Source of the DNA: an uncultured virus (IMG/VR IMGVR_UViG_3300035208_001228)
Lineage: Duplodnaviria > Heunggongvirae > Uroviricota > Caudoviricetes
Strand: one strand, 5' to 3'
Virus record (IMG/VR): IMGVR_UViG_3300035208_001228
Length of the DNA stretch: 64,000 nucleotides
The notes beneath the pieces are model-generated. The model was not told the origin of the DNA, searched no databases, and saw only the letters and a list, made by a program, of their open reading frames with translations. Shown piece by piece: positions 1 through 10,131 of the stretch. Within the stretch, counting starts at the first letter, position 1; each line of letters starts with the position of its first letter. The position numbers and the translations under genes were made by a program.

Positions 1-518
1 CTGCGCTTGACCGGATGGCCGGCGGGCTCTGCGCCTTGACCGGATGGCCGGCGGGCTCTGCGCTTGACCGGATGGCCGGCGGGCTCTGCGCCTTGACCGA
101 TGGTCGGCGGGCTCTGGCCGGCGGGCTCTGCGCCTTGACCGATGGTCGGCGGGCTCTGGCCGGCGGGCTCTGCCGATGGTCGGCGGGCTCTGCGCCTTGA
201 CCGATGGTCGGCGGGCTCTGCCGATGGCCGGCGGGCTCTGCGCCTTGACCGATGGTCGGCGGGCTCTGGCCGGCGGGCTCTGCCGATGGCCGGCGGGCTC
301 TGCGCCTTGACCGATGGTCGGCGGGCTCTGGCCGGCGGGCTCTGCGCCTTGACCGATGGCCGGCGGGCTCTGCCGATGGTCGGCGGGCTCTGCGCCTTGA
401 CCGATGGTCGGCGGGCTCTGCGCCTTGACCGATCGTCCGGCGGGCTCTGCCGATGGTCGGCGGGCTCTGCCGATGGTCGGCGGGCTCTGCGCCTTGACCG
501 ATCGTCCGGCGGGCTCTG
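1..518. repeat. Composite GC-rich tandem repeat, ~22 copies of CGGCGGGCTCTG with linkers of ~2, 8 or 16-17 nt; runs off the window start
   Basis: Read directly; long linker contains the palindrome GACCGATGGTC; ORFs over it are repeat translations. Confidence 0.95.
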
Positions 519-637
519 GTCGATCGGCGCAACCCGCAGAGCCGGCGCAACCAGCCGAAAGACTGAGCGACGGCCATCCACCATAACCGGGACGAAAATT
601 CGACTCAGGACAAAAATCAGAATTTCCGGTTTCCAAT

Positions 638-666
638 TTGACTAACCGTTCACAGTGGTGTATACT
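638..666 (+). promoter_or_regulatory. sigma70-type promoter, family member 1
   Basis: TTGACT-aaccgttcacagtggtg(17)-TATACT, then AGGAG SD before ATG 685. Confidence 0.85.
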
Positions 667-684
667 TGAAGTTAGGAGATACTC

Positions 685-1476
685 ATGCCGAATTTGCATC
701 AATGCTTGACCTGGAAAGACAACCACGATTGGGGCGGAAAAGTCGATACGCCCGATGGGCCTTACTACCATCACAAGCATGGTAGCAAGGTGCTCGGCGT
801 CGCCCATCTTGATACCGTGATGAGCGCGCGGCCGATCAAAGACGGCAAGTTTGTCTGCTGCCCGCAGCTTGACGACAGACTCGGCGTCTATTGCTTGCTG
901 GATTGGTTGCCCCGTATGGGCATTCAACTTGACGTGTTGTTGACGACGGGCGAGGAGCACTGCCGCAGCACGGCCGCGCACTTCCAGGGTGAATACAACT
1001 GGATTGCCGAATTCGATCGCGCCGGCAACGACGTAGTATTCTACCAATATCACGACGATTTCGCGCCGTGGTGGTCGGGCCGAATCGGACATGGCAGCTA
1101 TTCCGACATCGTAGATATGGAAGCACTAGGAGTCTGCGCCGTTAATATCGGGATCGGCTATCAGTTTCAGCATACGATGGAATGCTATGCCGATCTGCGA
1201 GAAACAGAAAAGCAACTGAAGCGATTCGGGAAATTCTTTGACCGCTACTGTGAAACCCGGTTCCCGTTCACGCCGCCGGTCTACGTGGACGATTGGAAAC
1301 CGCGCCGAAAGCACAAGCGAAAGCACAAGCGCGCTCTTGTCGAGTTGCCGCCGCGCAGTGAATCCGGCCATTGGTGGAATGAGCGCGACGAGTTCGAGTA
1401 CGACCCGTGGCGCAAGTCTAACGAAGAGTGGCAGAACTGGGACGAACTTGCCAAGCTGCACAACGAGTTTAACTAA
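685..1476 (+). CDS. Zn-dependent exopeptidase (M28/M20-like)
   Basis: AHLDTV, LDDRLG, GEE, EFDR and late His metal ligands. Confidence 0.7.
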   Translation: MPNLHQCLTWKDNHDWGGKVDTPDGPYYHHKHGSKVLGVAHLDTVMSARPIKDGKFVCCPQLDDRLGVYCLLDWLPRMGIQLDVLLTTGEEHCRSTAAHFQGEYNWIAEFDRAGNDVVFYQYHDDFAPWWSGRIGHGSYSDIVDMEALGVCAVNIGIGYQFQHTMECYADLRETEKQLKRFGKFFDRYCETRFPFTPPVYVDDWKPRRKHKRKHKRALVELPPRSESGHWWNERDEFEYDPWRKSNEEWQNWDELAKLHNEFN

Positions 1477-1653
1477 TCATGGACATCAAACGATATGCTT
1501 CACGTGGAATGGCCGAACGAATGGGCGCAATGCGGCAGAGCGCGGCGAGTGCTCACAAGTCGCAATGGTGCGACCGGTTGACGGTGGCATGTATGGTCCA
1601 GTGGTCGGCGGGCTACCGCGTCTAACAGGACACAAATTCGGCTCAGGTGAAAC

Positions 1654-1857
1654 ATGCCCAACAACCCCGTATGCCAATGCTGCAAGGGCGACCGGTTTGT
1701 AGAGGTCACGCTGCGCGACTTGTCAGGCAAACAGCGCGACGGCTGCGGGGTGCAGTACGCTGTAGCTTGCGAGATGTGCAACGGCAAGGGATACACCACG
1801 CAAGAGGACCACGATCGGTATCTTCGCAGTGTCGGCTGGTTGGACGGCGAGCGATAA
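1654..1857 (+). CDS. Small Zn-finger protein (CxxCxG x2)
   Basis: CQCCKGD...CEMCNGKG; bounded exactly by two intergenic elements. Confidence 0.7.
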   Translation: MPNNPVCQCCKGDRFVEVTLRDLSGKQRDGCGVQYAVACEMCNGKGYTTQEDHDRYLRSVGWLDGER

Positions 1858-1885
1858 CAAGACAAGAATTCGGCTCAGGTGAAAC

Positions 1886-2095
1886 ATGGCGTGCCCTAAA
1901 TGCGACTTGACGAATCGACCACTGGCCAGCGCCGGTCTAATGAGCTATCGTTGACGCAGTCCGTCCGGCGGGTGGACAATGATCGGCGCGCATGACCCTG
2001 CCGAAGCGTACAAAGAGGCGTTGCGCAGCGACTCAGGCGCGCAACAAGATGATTTAGAAGTTTGGAATGGGCGCCAGTATGTAAGTTGCAGGTAA
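1886..2095 (+). pseudogene. Small phage protein with in-frame TGA at 1952
   Basis: MACPKC...MSYR*RSPSGGWTMIGA...WNGRQYVSCR; frame runs on to the TAA of the next element. Confidence 0.6.
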
Positions 2096-2124
2096 CACAG
2101 AGCAAATTCGGCTCAGGAGAAATC

Positions 2125-2413
2125 ATGGCCCGACCACGCGAAGCAACCGCCGCGCGTGACTGATAGCAGACGACGCCGAAGGGCTTGCTATTCGCCACGT
2201 GACCATTGCATCAAGTTACCACGGCACTACCAGCACAAGATCGGTATTTGCCACGAGATGGCCCACGCAATCGTGCCGAGCGCGTTCGCATGGCATAGCC
2301 CGCGGTTCGCTACGCTGGTTGCGGAACTGTAGGACCGTTACGCCGGCGTGCCTAGCAAAGACAGCCGAATTCTCGGTGCCAATCTTGCACCTCGCCGCGT
2401 TCGATTCGTGTAA
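2125..2413 (+). pseudogene. Decayed zincin (HExxH, SprT-like) protein
   Basis: ICHEMAHAIVPSAFAWHSPRF..EL*DRY; TAG at 2330, 5' frameshifts; ends at element TAA. Confidence 0.55.
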
Positions 2414-2530
2414 CAAGACAAGAATTCGGCTCAGGTGAAACATGGAGCAGTTGCTTGCCAAGCACCCGAAAGCATTTTGTGACAAAAAAGGAAACGGCGT
2501 TTGGCCATGCTTAACACCTCAGGAGCAATC

Positions 2531-3055
2531 ATGCTGACATTCAAGAAAACAACCCGTGGCATGCACGAAGTGGATGACGGCTCCAAGTGGCTGGTAAGAG
2601 AAGCGCCCGTCTCTCTGCCCTGTACGCTGATCGGGCATAATTGCCACATCAAGGGCAAGACGGTCGATGTGCCTTGCGCTGAGTTGACCTTGCTACGTGC
2701 CTACGATTGCGGGATACGTGACGCGGGAAGCCATAGCAGGTGGTCAAGCAACGTGCGATATATCGTCTACGAATGGAAACCGACCTACGGGTGGCCGTCT
2801 ATCGTGATTGTCACCGACTGCGGAGGCGGCCCGTGTTATTGGACGGTTGACCAACTCGACTTCTACAACACGTGGGTTGCTCTGGCTGGCGTCATCGACG
2901 ACGCGACGGCGTGGGACTTGCTATCTGCCCTCACTGGCACGTATGACAAGGGATTCGGTGAAGGAAGTAAGAAGATGAGCACGTTGTTCCTGCAAGGCCG
3001 GTTGAAGCGGCGGAAGCGGCAGGGCGCGCACCACTTGGAAATTCTTCCTTCGTGA
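2531..3055 (+). CDS. Hypothetical protein
   Basis: AGGAG SD before ATG 2531; 174 aa ORF. Confidence 0.65.
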   Translation: MLTFKKTTRGMHEVDDGSKWLVREAPVSLPCTLIGHNCHIKGKTVDVPCAELTLLRAYDCGIRDAGSHSRWSSNVRYIVYEWKPTYGWPSIVIVTDCGGGPCYWTVDQLDFYNTWVALAGVIDDATAWDLLSALTGTYDKGFGEGSKKMSTLFLQGRLKRRKRQGAHHLEILPS

Positions 3056-3058
3056 AAC

Positions 3059-3086
3059 TTGACAACCATCCACAGTGGTGTATAAT
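3059..3086 (+). promoter_or_regulatory. sigma70-type promoter, family member 2
   Basis: TTGACA-accatccacagtggtg(16)-TATAAT. Confidence 0.85.
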
Positions 3087-3441
3087 TGAGTATTGGCACA
3101 TGAGGAGGAATTGCGTAGCACCTTCGGGGCTTGTTTGTGTGAAGTCAAAACAATTCTCAGGAGCAACAATGTCTTGTCTTGAAAAATGGTTGAGTCTGCC
3201 ACCGGGTGCGCTTGTCTCTTTCGACCGAGTGGCAGCCGTGAAGTTGGCCGATTGCGGCGTAGGAGAAGAAACATGATACGTGGTCCGCCTTAGCCGCAAC
3301 CCGCAAGCAAACGCGGATTGACTCAGAGAGAAAGACAGCCAGAGAGAACATAGCTTCCTATACCGCTGACCACGAAAGGGCGGCACCATGACACGCAAGT
3401 AAAACCTTGCAACCGGGCCACCGACTACCACCGCGATCTGA

Positions 3442-3470
3442 TTTCAGAACCGTTCGCAGTGGTGTATCAC
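3442..3470 (+). promoter_or_regulatory. Degenerate member 3 of the promoter family
   Basis: tttcag-aaccgttcgcagtggtg-tatcac; core conserved, -35/-10 weak. Confidence 0.55.
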
Positions 3471-3878
3471 AACAGCGGGAGACAACAATGACAGCGGCAA
3501 CACTTTAGAGCGCTTGCGGAGGAGATTGCCAAGATTGGCAGCCACGCCGCGAGGAGGAAAGCGGCTGCCGCTGTCATTGCCGCGTGTGCGCGATTCAACC
3601 GGAACTTCAACACCGTTCAGTTCTGGAGGGCTTGCAACCTATGAATGATAAACAACGATTGAGACTTCGCTTTCTCGCCATCGCCGACCAGTTGCAGGCG
3701 TGTATCCGGGACGGCCGCGAGTTTGGCGAGGGCTACAAACAACTCGTCAAACTAGGCCGCGATCTGCGCCTCATTAACAAGGCGGGAAGATGACCTATCG
3801 CGCAGTCTATTGGACGCCGGCGTCGTGCTATGGCGTGGAGGAAATACCCGGATGACCATTCCCGAACGAGGTGACAGT

Positions 3879-4166
3879 ATGAATCATGTGAAAGCCGCCT
3901 ATGAAAATGGGCGTTGTCCCGACTGCGGGGAAGACATTCCCGAGGATGTCATGCACGGTCAAGCGTGTTCCAATTGCGAACACGTCTTCTTCGACGCTTG
4001 CGCCCGTTGCGGCAACGTATTGCAAGACAACGGCTTGTGTTCTGACGAAGCGTGTCCCTTCTCTGACCATTTTCAGGGCTGCCCGGCCGGATGGGCCGGC
4101 CACCCGGAACTGGGAGCCGGGCCATGCACTTGTCTAGCCGAACTCGTCTCGGGAGGGGTCCAATGA
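3879..4166 (+). CDS. Cys-rich Zn-ribbon protein
   Basis: CPDCG, CSNC, CARCG; GAGGTG SD. Confidence 0.6.
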   Translation: MNHVKAAYENGRCPDCGEDIPEDVMHGQACSNCEHVFFDACARCGNVLQDNGLCSDEACPFSDHFQGCPAGWAGHPELGAGPCTCLAELVSGGVQ

Positions 4167-4456
4167 AACCGACACCCCACGACGAATTCATCCAGTGCGG
4201 AATCCTGCCCAATGTTGTGGCCAGCACCTGTCTAAACTCGCGTGGCCACACTTTGACAGCGGGCCAAGCTGATTGGTTTATTAAACACGTCGATACGCGG
4301 GTTCGATGGTTGCACGCTAACAATGTGCGATGGCGGCGGTCGTTGGACCGTGGCGACCGCGATCAACTTTACGTGTGGGTCCACCACTGGCTTGAGGCGT
4401 ATTTGCGCGGCCCGGTCACATACCAAGAGCGACACCCAATGGAGGCAATGCAATGA
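4163..4456 (+). CDS. Hypothetical protein
   Basis: GGAGG SD, ATGA overlap. Confidence 0.6.
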   Translation: MKPTPHDEFIQCGILPNVVASTCLNSRGHTLTAGQADWFIKHVDTRVRWLHANNVRWRRSLDRGDRDQLYVWVHHWLEAYLRGPVTYQERHPMEAMQ

Positions 4457-4707
4457 TCGAATGCCTGGAAGACTTTGCGGCACAATGGGGCGCAGACCCG
4501 TGCTACGTGCGAGAACCGAACCTGCCCGGCGACGGGTATCTGTTCTACAACTTCGCTGCCGAACAAGACGACCCGGAGTTCCGGCGGACGTTCATTCCTG
4601 CAATCGAACGGACCATCGAATTCGCCAAGCTGAAGTGCGAGCCCGCAGACGTGGACGACTTGCAAGAGTTTCTCGGCCGCGTCAGAGAAATGGAGCAAAC
4701 ATCGTGA
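4453..4707 (+). CDS. Acidic hypothetical protein
   Basis: GGAGG SD, ATGA overlap. Confidence 0.6.
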   Translation: MIECLEDFAAQWGADPCYVREPNLPGDGYLFYNFAAEQDDPEFRRTFIPAIERTIEFAKLKCEPADVDDLQEFLGRVREMEQTS

Positions 4708-4874
4708 GCAAGACAAAGACAAACCTTTGACTATTGAAATCCAGTATGGCGTGCGCGATGGACCGACTCACGGGAACCGCGTTGTCGATTGACGACCACG
4801 GCGAATACGGCAAGCCAAAGGTGGGCAAGTTCTTTGCCCTGAAACAACAGCAGAATTTGGCTAAGGAGAAATCT

Positions 4875-5114
4875 ATGGACATTGAAACATTGGTCAACAA
4901 GTTATGCGACCCAGTTGACTTTGCTGAGACGTATTGCGGGTGGGACTCTTCAGACTATTACGAGGAGTGTTTGCCGGACAGTGCCGGCGGTTGGATACCC
5001 GCCGACGGGTCCGACCGGTCAATTCACGACGCTGCAATGGACGCGGTACGGGAATGGGCGTCGGAAACAGCGGCCAATCTGGAAACACTTCGTGACGCCG
5101 TACAAGCATTCTAA
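4875..5114 (+). CDS. Very acidic small protein
   Basis: Bounded by two intergenic elements; D/E-rich. Confidence 0.65.
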   Translation: MDIETLVNKLCDPVDFAETYCGWDSSDYYEECLPDSAGGWIPADGSDRSIHDAAMDAVREWASETAANLETLRDAVQAF

Positions 5115-5296
5115 CAACGGCAGCATTCGGCTAAGGAGAAAACGCGATGAAACTCGACATCAGAATTGACTTAGCCAATGTGGCGTTCGGTGACGTGTCC
5201 GGCGTCGAGACAGCACGAATCCCGCGGCGGCAACGAAAGAAGCGGGTGCGGGTCGAGCGGCGTAACAACGACGGAAATTGACTCAGGAGAAACCAC

Positions 5297-5824
5297 GTGA
5301 GCGACAAACCCGACAACGAGCAATTGACCGAGATTCTCAAGCATCTGCCCGGCTGGCGCAACAATGAGCGGTACGCCTACTCCCATTGGTGCAGCGGGAT
5401 CACTGATGACGCCGGCCACGACGTGTCGGTCGAGTTGTATCTAGGACGGTTGCGATTCGTCGGACACTTTCCCGGACAAGGGGACGAATCGCAGACCATC
5501 TCCGTCAGCGCGAGCCGCTCGGCCGAGGAGATTACCGCAGATTTCCGGCGTCGGTTCCTGCCCGGATACCTGGAACAATGGACCGTAGCAAGGGCCCGCG
5601 CGGACAAGCAACAAGAATTCAAGATCGGCACGGAGACGACTTGGCGGAAGCTGTCGCAACTGCCCGGCATGAGGGCGTTGCAGCACGACAAGACGCTATA
5701 TGGTCCGAACTGTAGTTACATCAATGTCCAGGGACCGGACAGCGTGCGGGTCGAACTACGCGGGAATCTGAATGTTCGCCAAGTCAAACGGCTCATTGCG
5801 ATGCTCAACAGGGCAACAAAATGA
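5297..5824 (+). CDS. Hypothetical protein
   Basis: GTG after element SD; 175 aa. Confidence 0.65.
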   Translation: MSDKPDNEQLTEILKHLPGWRNNERYAYSHWCSGITDDAGHDVSVELYLGRLRFVGHFPGQGDESQTISVSASRSAEEITADFRRRFLPGYLEQWTVARARADKQQEFKIGTETTWRKLSQLPGMRALQHDKTLYGPNCSYINVQGPDSVRVELRGNLNVRQVKRLIAMLNRATK

Positions 5825-6511
5825 CTCAGGTGAAATTGCCGCGCCAGGACGTTGCGTATGCCGCCGCGATGGACGCCGCCAATCGACGTATGCGAGCCGA
5901 GGGTAGAACAACGTGGAATCAAGAAGACTACGCCGCAGCAGTAGCGGCCTACAACACAATAATCGAAGAAGCCAAAGGGGACTGTTGAATGACTCACACT
6001 ACTCAAGAAAGCATCACAATGAATCCTGCCGAGTTACCGTTTAACGAGATTATCGAGCACCAACAAGGCGACCGCGTGGTATGCCGAATTATGCGGGACG
6101 GCTGGGAAGTCGGCACGTGGGCCGAAGCTGGGTGGGACGGTGCGGGGCCAATCGCGCGGAAAATCCTGGCGGTGAATGACCTATTCGAGTGCCTGGATAA
6201 CACGGCGGCAGCACTTGAAACAATGCTGGCCCATCACACCATGCCGGAGGGAGACCGCGTTTCACGGCAACGAGTGCTTGACGCTGCCCGCCAATTTCAA
6301 CTCTTACAAGAAGAAAGCACAATGACAAAAGCAAGCCTCATACGACGCTTGAGGGCGATCGAACGAAACGTCGTACAGGCACAGTGCGATCTCGCTGGCG
6401 GGCGTGCAAAGCGATGCTTGAAACAGGCACATTTGCAGACGTTGCGGACAATCGCCGCTGCAAGAAGGTCACACCAGGAGAAACACCAGGAGAAACACCA
6501 GGAGAAACACC

Positions 6512-6894
6512 ATGCAGGCATTGAACAAGACATCAGAAGCTGTCTTTTACAGGTTGACTGAGGGCTGATGAGGGTCGGCGACCATCGGAAGCACGACAAC
6601 AACAGCGCCTTCATGGCGGTTTGCGTGGAAATTGTCGGGCAGACTGATCGTGGTCTGCTAATCAGTGTCGCGCATTACTACGCGCAGAATGGCGACATGA
6701 TGCGTGACCCCGACGTGGTCTTCCTCGTTGACGAGCACGCCTACCCGATTTCCTATCGGCAGGATGGTCTGGGAGTCAACCGGGAAGCGGCGTGCATTGA
6801 AGACGGGGTGTGGAAAGTCTACCCAAAGATGCAGGCGGACATTTGTCGGTTCTGCAACCAATGGATGCGGAACATCAAGGCGCAGCAGTTCTAA
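6512..6894 (+). pseudogene. DUF6908-like protein, frameshift near 6562
   Basis: SVAHYYAQNGDMMRDPDVVF...WMRNIKAQ; N-terminus MQALNK in another frame. Confidence 0.6.
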
Positions 6895-7248
6895 CAAGAC
6901 GCAAATTTGGCTCGGGAGAAATCAATGATTCAAGTGCGAGTAGGCGACGCCGGTGAACTGGAAACGCCGTGTCTGCTGTGGCGGCGTTGTTCTACGCAGC
7001 TACTCACAGTTCGGAAACCTTGACTAACCTGGCGTCATCCACGCTGACTGGCGTAGGCATGGCGATCGGTGGCTGCCTTGGAAGTGCATTGATTCTGCGC
7101 TTCAAGTCTGCTCGCCAGTACATTCGTGCTGTTCTCAAAGATTTGCAATAACTGACGGCGATCGGGCCTGCTTTGCAGGGAACTCGTACCCCGTCTGGTA
7201 ATCGCCGTCAGTCTTATCCTTTTCCTTTAGCGCCCGAGGTATGCGCCC

Positions 7249-8334
7249 ATGTCTACCGTTTTCGTTGAATTGACTGTTGTTGACGACGTAAGGCCACATC
7301 CGAACGCCGACAAGCTGGAAATTGTTGTCATCCGTGGGGTCACAACGATTGCCGGCAAGGGCGAGTTCTCTAAGGGCCAGCGCGTTGTCTATTTCCCGCC
7401 TGACATCCTTCTTCCCCCAGATATGAGTTTGATGCTTGGAGTACAGAAGTACCTCAAGCACGCGGAATGGCCTGGTGATTCCAGTCATCCTGTTGGCAAG
7501 TGCCAATGCCGGGTGGCCGGATGCCGATTACGTGGTGAACCCAGTTATGGATTCATCATTCCTGCGCCATCCATTTTGGATAACCATGCCATTGGGTCTG
7601 ACGTATCCGTGATGTGGGCAGCCCAGAAATACGAGCCTCCGGTTCGCTATTTCTATGGTGATCTCGCTCCCGAGGACAATCGGTTCCACAAGTACACGGA
7701 CATTGAGCACTACTGGCGTTTCAACGAAGCCATTGCTGAGGGCACGCTGGTTCGGATCACTGAGAAGATTCACGGCACCAATTCGCGCGTGGGCCTGGTA
7801 ATGAAGAACGGCGGGTTCGAGTTCATGGCCGGAAGCCATCGGACAAGACGGAAAAAGCCAGAGGGTGAAAGCACTTCAATCTACTGGCGTCCGCTCGAAG
7901 ACGAAGGCATCCTGAACCTGTTATCGCATTTGTGCGACGAACAGAACTCCGTCATCGTCTTTGGAGAAATCTACGGTGCCGGAATCCAAGACATGGATTA
8001 CGGTGCAAAGGATGGCTACCGAGTTTTCGACATCAGCGTCAACGGCAAGTACCTGGATTGGGACGCCGTGAAGGACTCCTGCCGAATGTTCGATGTCGAG
8101 ATGGTGCCAGTCCTCTATGAGGGTCCATTCACCAACGATTTGGTGAAACAGTTCACTTACGGCCCAACCACCTTGGCCGAACCTGGTCAAATCAAGAGCA
8201 GTTTCAAGGACCGCGAAGGTTGTGTTATCACTCCTCAGATCGAGCAGCCCTACGCACCGACAGGCGGACGCCTGATCCTCAAGAGCGTGTCGGCTGACTA
8301 TCTCGATCGGAAAGGTGCTCAGGACAACGAATGA
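7249..8334 (+). CDS. RNA ligase, DRB0094/Rnl5-like
   Basis: HPNADKLE OB domain, TEKIHGTN, FGEIYG, REGCVI, ILKSVS. Confidence 0.88.
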   Translation: MSTVFVELTVVDDVRPHPNADKLEIVVIRGVTTIAGKGEFSKGQRVVYFPPDILLPPDMSLMLGVQKYLKHAEWPGDSSHPVGKCQCRVAGCRLRGEPSYGFIIPAPSILDNHAIGSDVSVMWAAQKYEPPVRYFYGDLAPEDNRFHKYTDIEHYWRFNEAIAEGTLVRITEKIHGTNSRVGLVMKNGGFEFMAGSHRTRRKKPEGESTSIYWRPLEDEGILNLLSHLCDEQNSVIVFGEIYGAGIQDMDYGAKDGYRVFDISVNGKYLDWDAVKDSCRMFDVEMVPVLYEGPFTNDLVKQFTYGPTTLAEPGQIKSSFKDREGCVITPQIEQPYAPTGGRLILKSVSADYLDRKGAQDNE

Positions 8335-8639
8335 CGCTTGATCTGATCCTTGATGCCATTGTCAACGAGAGGCAATATCAGGCCCGCCGTTGGGGAACCC
8401 GTCATGGCCTCAATCGCTTTGAGGAAACTCAGCGATCGGTCCCCGACTTTCTCGTCTACATGAAGACTTACCTGGATGACGCATTTCGGAGCGCTACTAC
8501 CGAGGTTGGCGATGACAAGGCTCTTGAGGCTTTGCGGAAGGTCGTCGCCCTCGGGGTAGCCTGCTTCGAGCAGCATGGTATGCCCGTGCGTGATCCGAAC
8601 ACACGTTGCGTCAACGCACGAGATGGGATGGTTGCATGA
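8331..8639 (+). CDS. Small MazG-like all-alpha protein
   Basis: ERQYQ...LRKVVALGVACFEQHG. Confidence 0.45.
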   Translation: MTLDLILDAIVNERQYQARRWGTRHGLNRFEETQRSVPDFLVYMKTYLDDAFRSATTEVGDDKALEALRKVVALGVACFEQHGMPVRDPNTRCVNARDGMVA

Positions 8640-9150
8640 ACAAACTGATCTTTCTGGATATGGATGGGGTGATTGTCAATTTGCAGGACGCTGTGCAACA
8701 GATGCACGGATTCGATGTCAACAGCGCCTTCCATCGCCACGAATTGGGGATGACCCAAGAACAACTCTGGGGCCAGACGGACGCCAACTGGTGGGCCGGT
8801 CTGCCGTGGATGGAGGATGGTCGGGCGATCCTAGCTCTTTGCGAGGACACTGTGGGAGTCGAAAACGTCATCATCTGTACGACGCCGGCCGAGTGGCCAG
8901 GCGCTGCGGAAGGGAAATTGCGATGGATCGAGCAGCAGATGCCAAACTATGCCCGTCGCTTCGTGCTGACGCCGGATAAGTCATGGTGTGCCAATGGGCG
9001 AACCTTGTTGATTGATGACAGTGCCCATGTGATTGATGCCTTTCATTCAGCAGGCGGGGCGACACTACTTTGCCCCGGCCGTGGAATGCAATGCACTTCC
9101 ATGAGGCCGTGAACTTTTTGCGATTTGGGATCGCGGAGATGCTTATATGA
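8636..9150 (+). pseudogene. HAD 5'(3')-deoxyribonucleotidase-like, frameshift near 9072
   Basis: FLDMDGV, GKLRWI, LLIDD; expected PRPWN tail is in another frame. Confidence 0.7.
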
Positions 9151-9659
9151 ACTACGTCATCTGCTATGCCCATCCTCATTGGGAGGTTTACCCCACTGAT
9201 ATTCTCTTGATTCGGAAGAACAGACCGGATTGGCAGGCTGGCAGATACAACCTACCTGGCGGCAAGATCGAGGATGGCGAGACGATCCACGAAGCCGCTT
9301 CCCGCGAACTGTTTGAGGAAACGAACATCAAGGCCCATCATGTCCGAATCATAGGCACGATTGAGGCTGACAACTGCATCGTTTACGTCTGCGAATGTAC
9401 GTTTGACGCAAACGAAGAAGCAGCCACGATGACTGATGAGATGGTGTTCTGGATGGACGTAGGTGATGCTCTACGCGATCCCTTACTCCTAGACAGTCTT
9501 CGTGTCGCAATTCCATTCTGCTTCACACAATTGTCTTGCTGGCACATTCGCCAGCAGACGGAACGATTCTCTACTGCTACCAGTTCACAAATCACTTTTG
9601 AGGAAGTCCATGCGAAAATCGACGTACCTAAGTCATTCTTCTTTGGCCCTGTGGGCTAA
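9147..9659 (+). CDS. NUDIX hydrolase
   Basis: GGKIEDGETIHEAASRELFEET Nudix box. Confidence 0.9.
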   Translation: MNYVICYAHPHWEVYPTDILLIRKNRPDWQAGRYNLPGGKIEDGETIHEAASRELFEETNIKAHHVRIIGTIEADNCIVYVCECTFDANEEAATMTDEMVFWMDVGDALRDPLLLDSLRVAIPFCFTQLSCWHIRQQTERFSTATSSQITFEEVHAKIDVPKSFFFGPVG

Positions 9660-10120
9660 AGACAAAGAGGAGTTCTACATCAAGCACCTGGCCGAAACTC
9701 GCGCCGAGAATCGCCCAGGAAGTCTATATGTCTGTGAGTGGTAGTTTTGACGCCTACGTTAAGGCAGCCCTGCATGAACGCCTCTTTGGTAAGGGTGCTG
9801 ATCCCCAATTCGAGTTCAACACGATCTTCGAGAAGCAGGTTGAACCCCAGAACCGTGACTTCGCCTTGGAAGCCGGCAAGTACATCATGGCTTGCTACGT
9901 GATGACGGGTGCCTTCGAGGAACTTCTGGCCATGCTGGAAAAGTCCAAGGAGACGCCTCGATTCGAGTTCGAGGTTCATGGGGACATCATGGGTGTGCCG
10001 TTCGTGGGCAAGCCTGATTGCCGCTTCGTACACGAATGCGGACCCCATGTGATTCTCGATTGGAAGGTCAAGGGCTTCTGCTCGAAGTACGGAGCAAGTC
10101 CGTCGAAGAATTACCGGCTC
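9610..10120 (+). pseudogene. Truncated, frameshifted PD-(D/E)XK nuclease, paralog of 31563-32549
   Basis: LSHSSL..EFYIK..FDAYVK..QVEPQNRD..GKPD..DWKV; cut off at the element at 10116. Confidence 0.8.
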
Positions 10121-10131
10121 GGGAGAAATCC

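Noticed and set aside
526..537. 12-nt match to the reverse complement of spacer 4's 3' end
   Set aside because: GC-rich, seed-distal and short enough to be chance
15..645. ORFs over the tandem repeat
   Set aside because: Translations of the repeat with no RBS or domain
1886..2413. Alternative genetic code suggested by in-frame TGA and TAG
   Set aside because: Both codons terminate conserved genes correctly (cas12 and polA TAG, RNA ligase TGA), and long genes are intact in code 11
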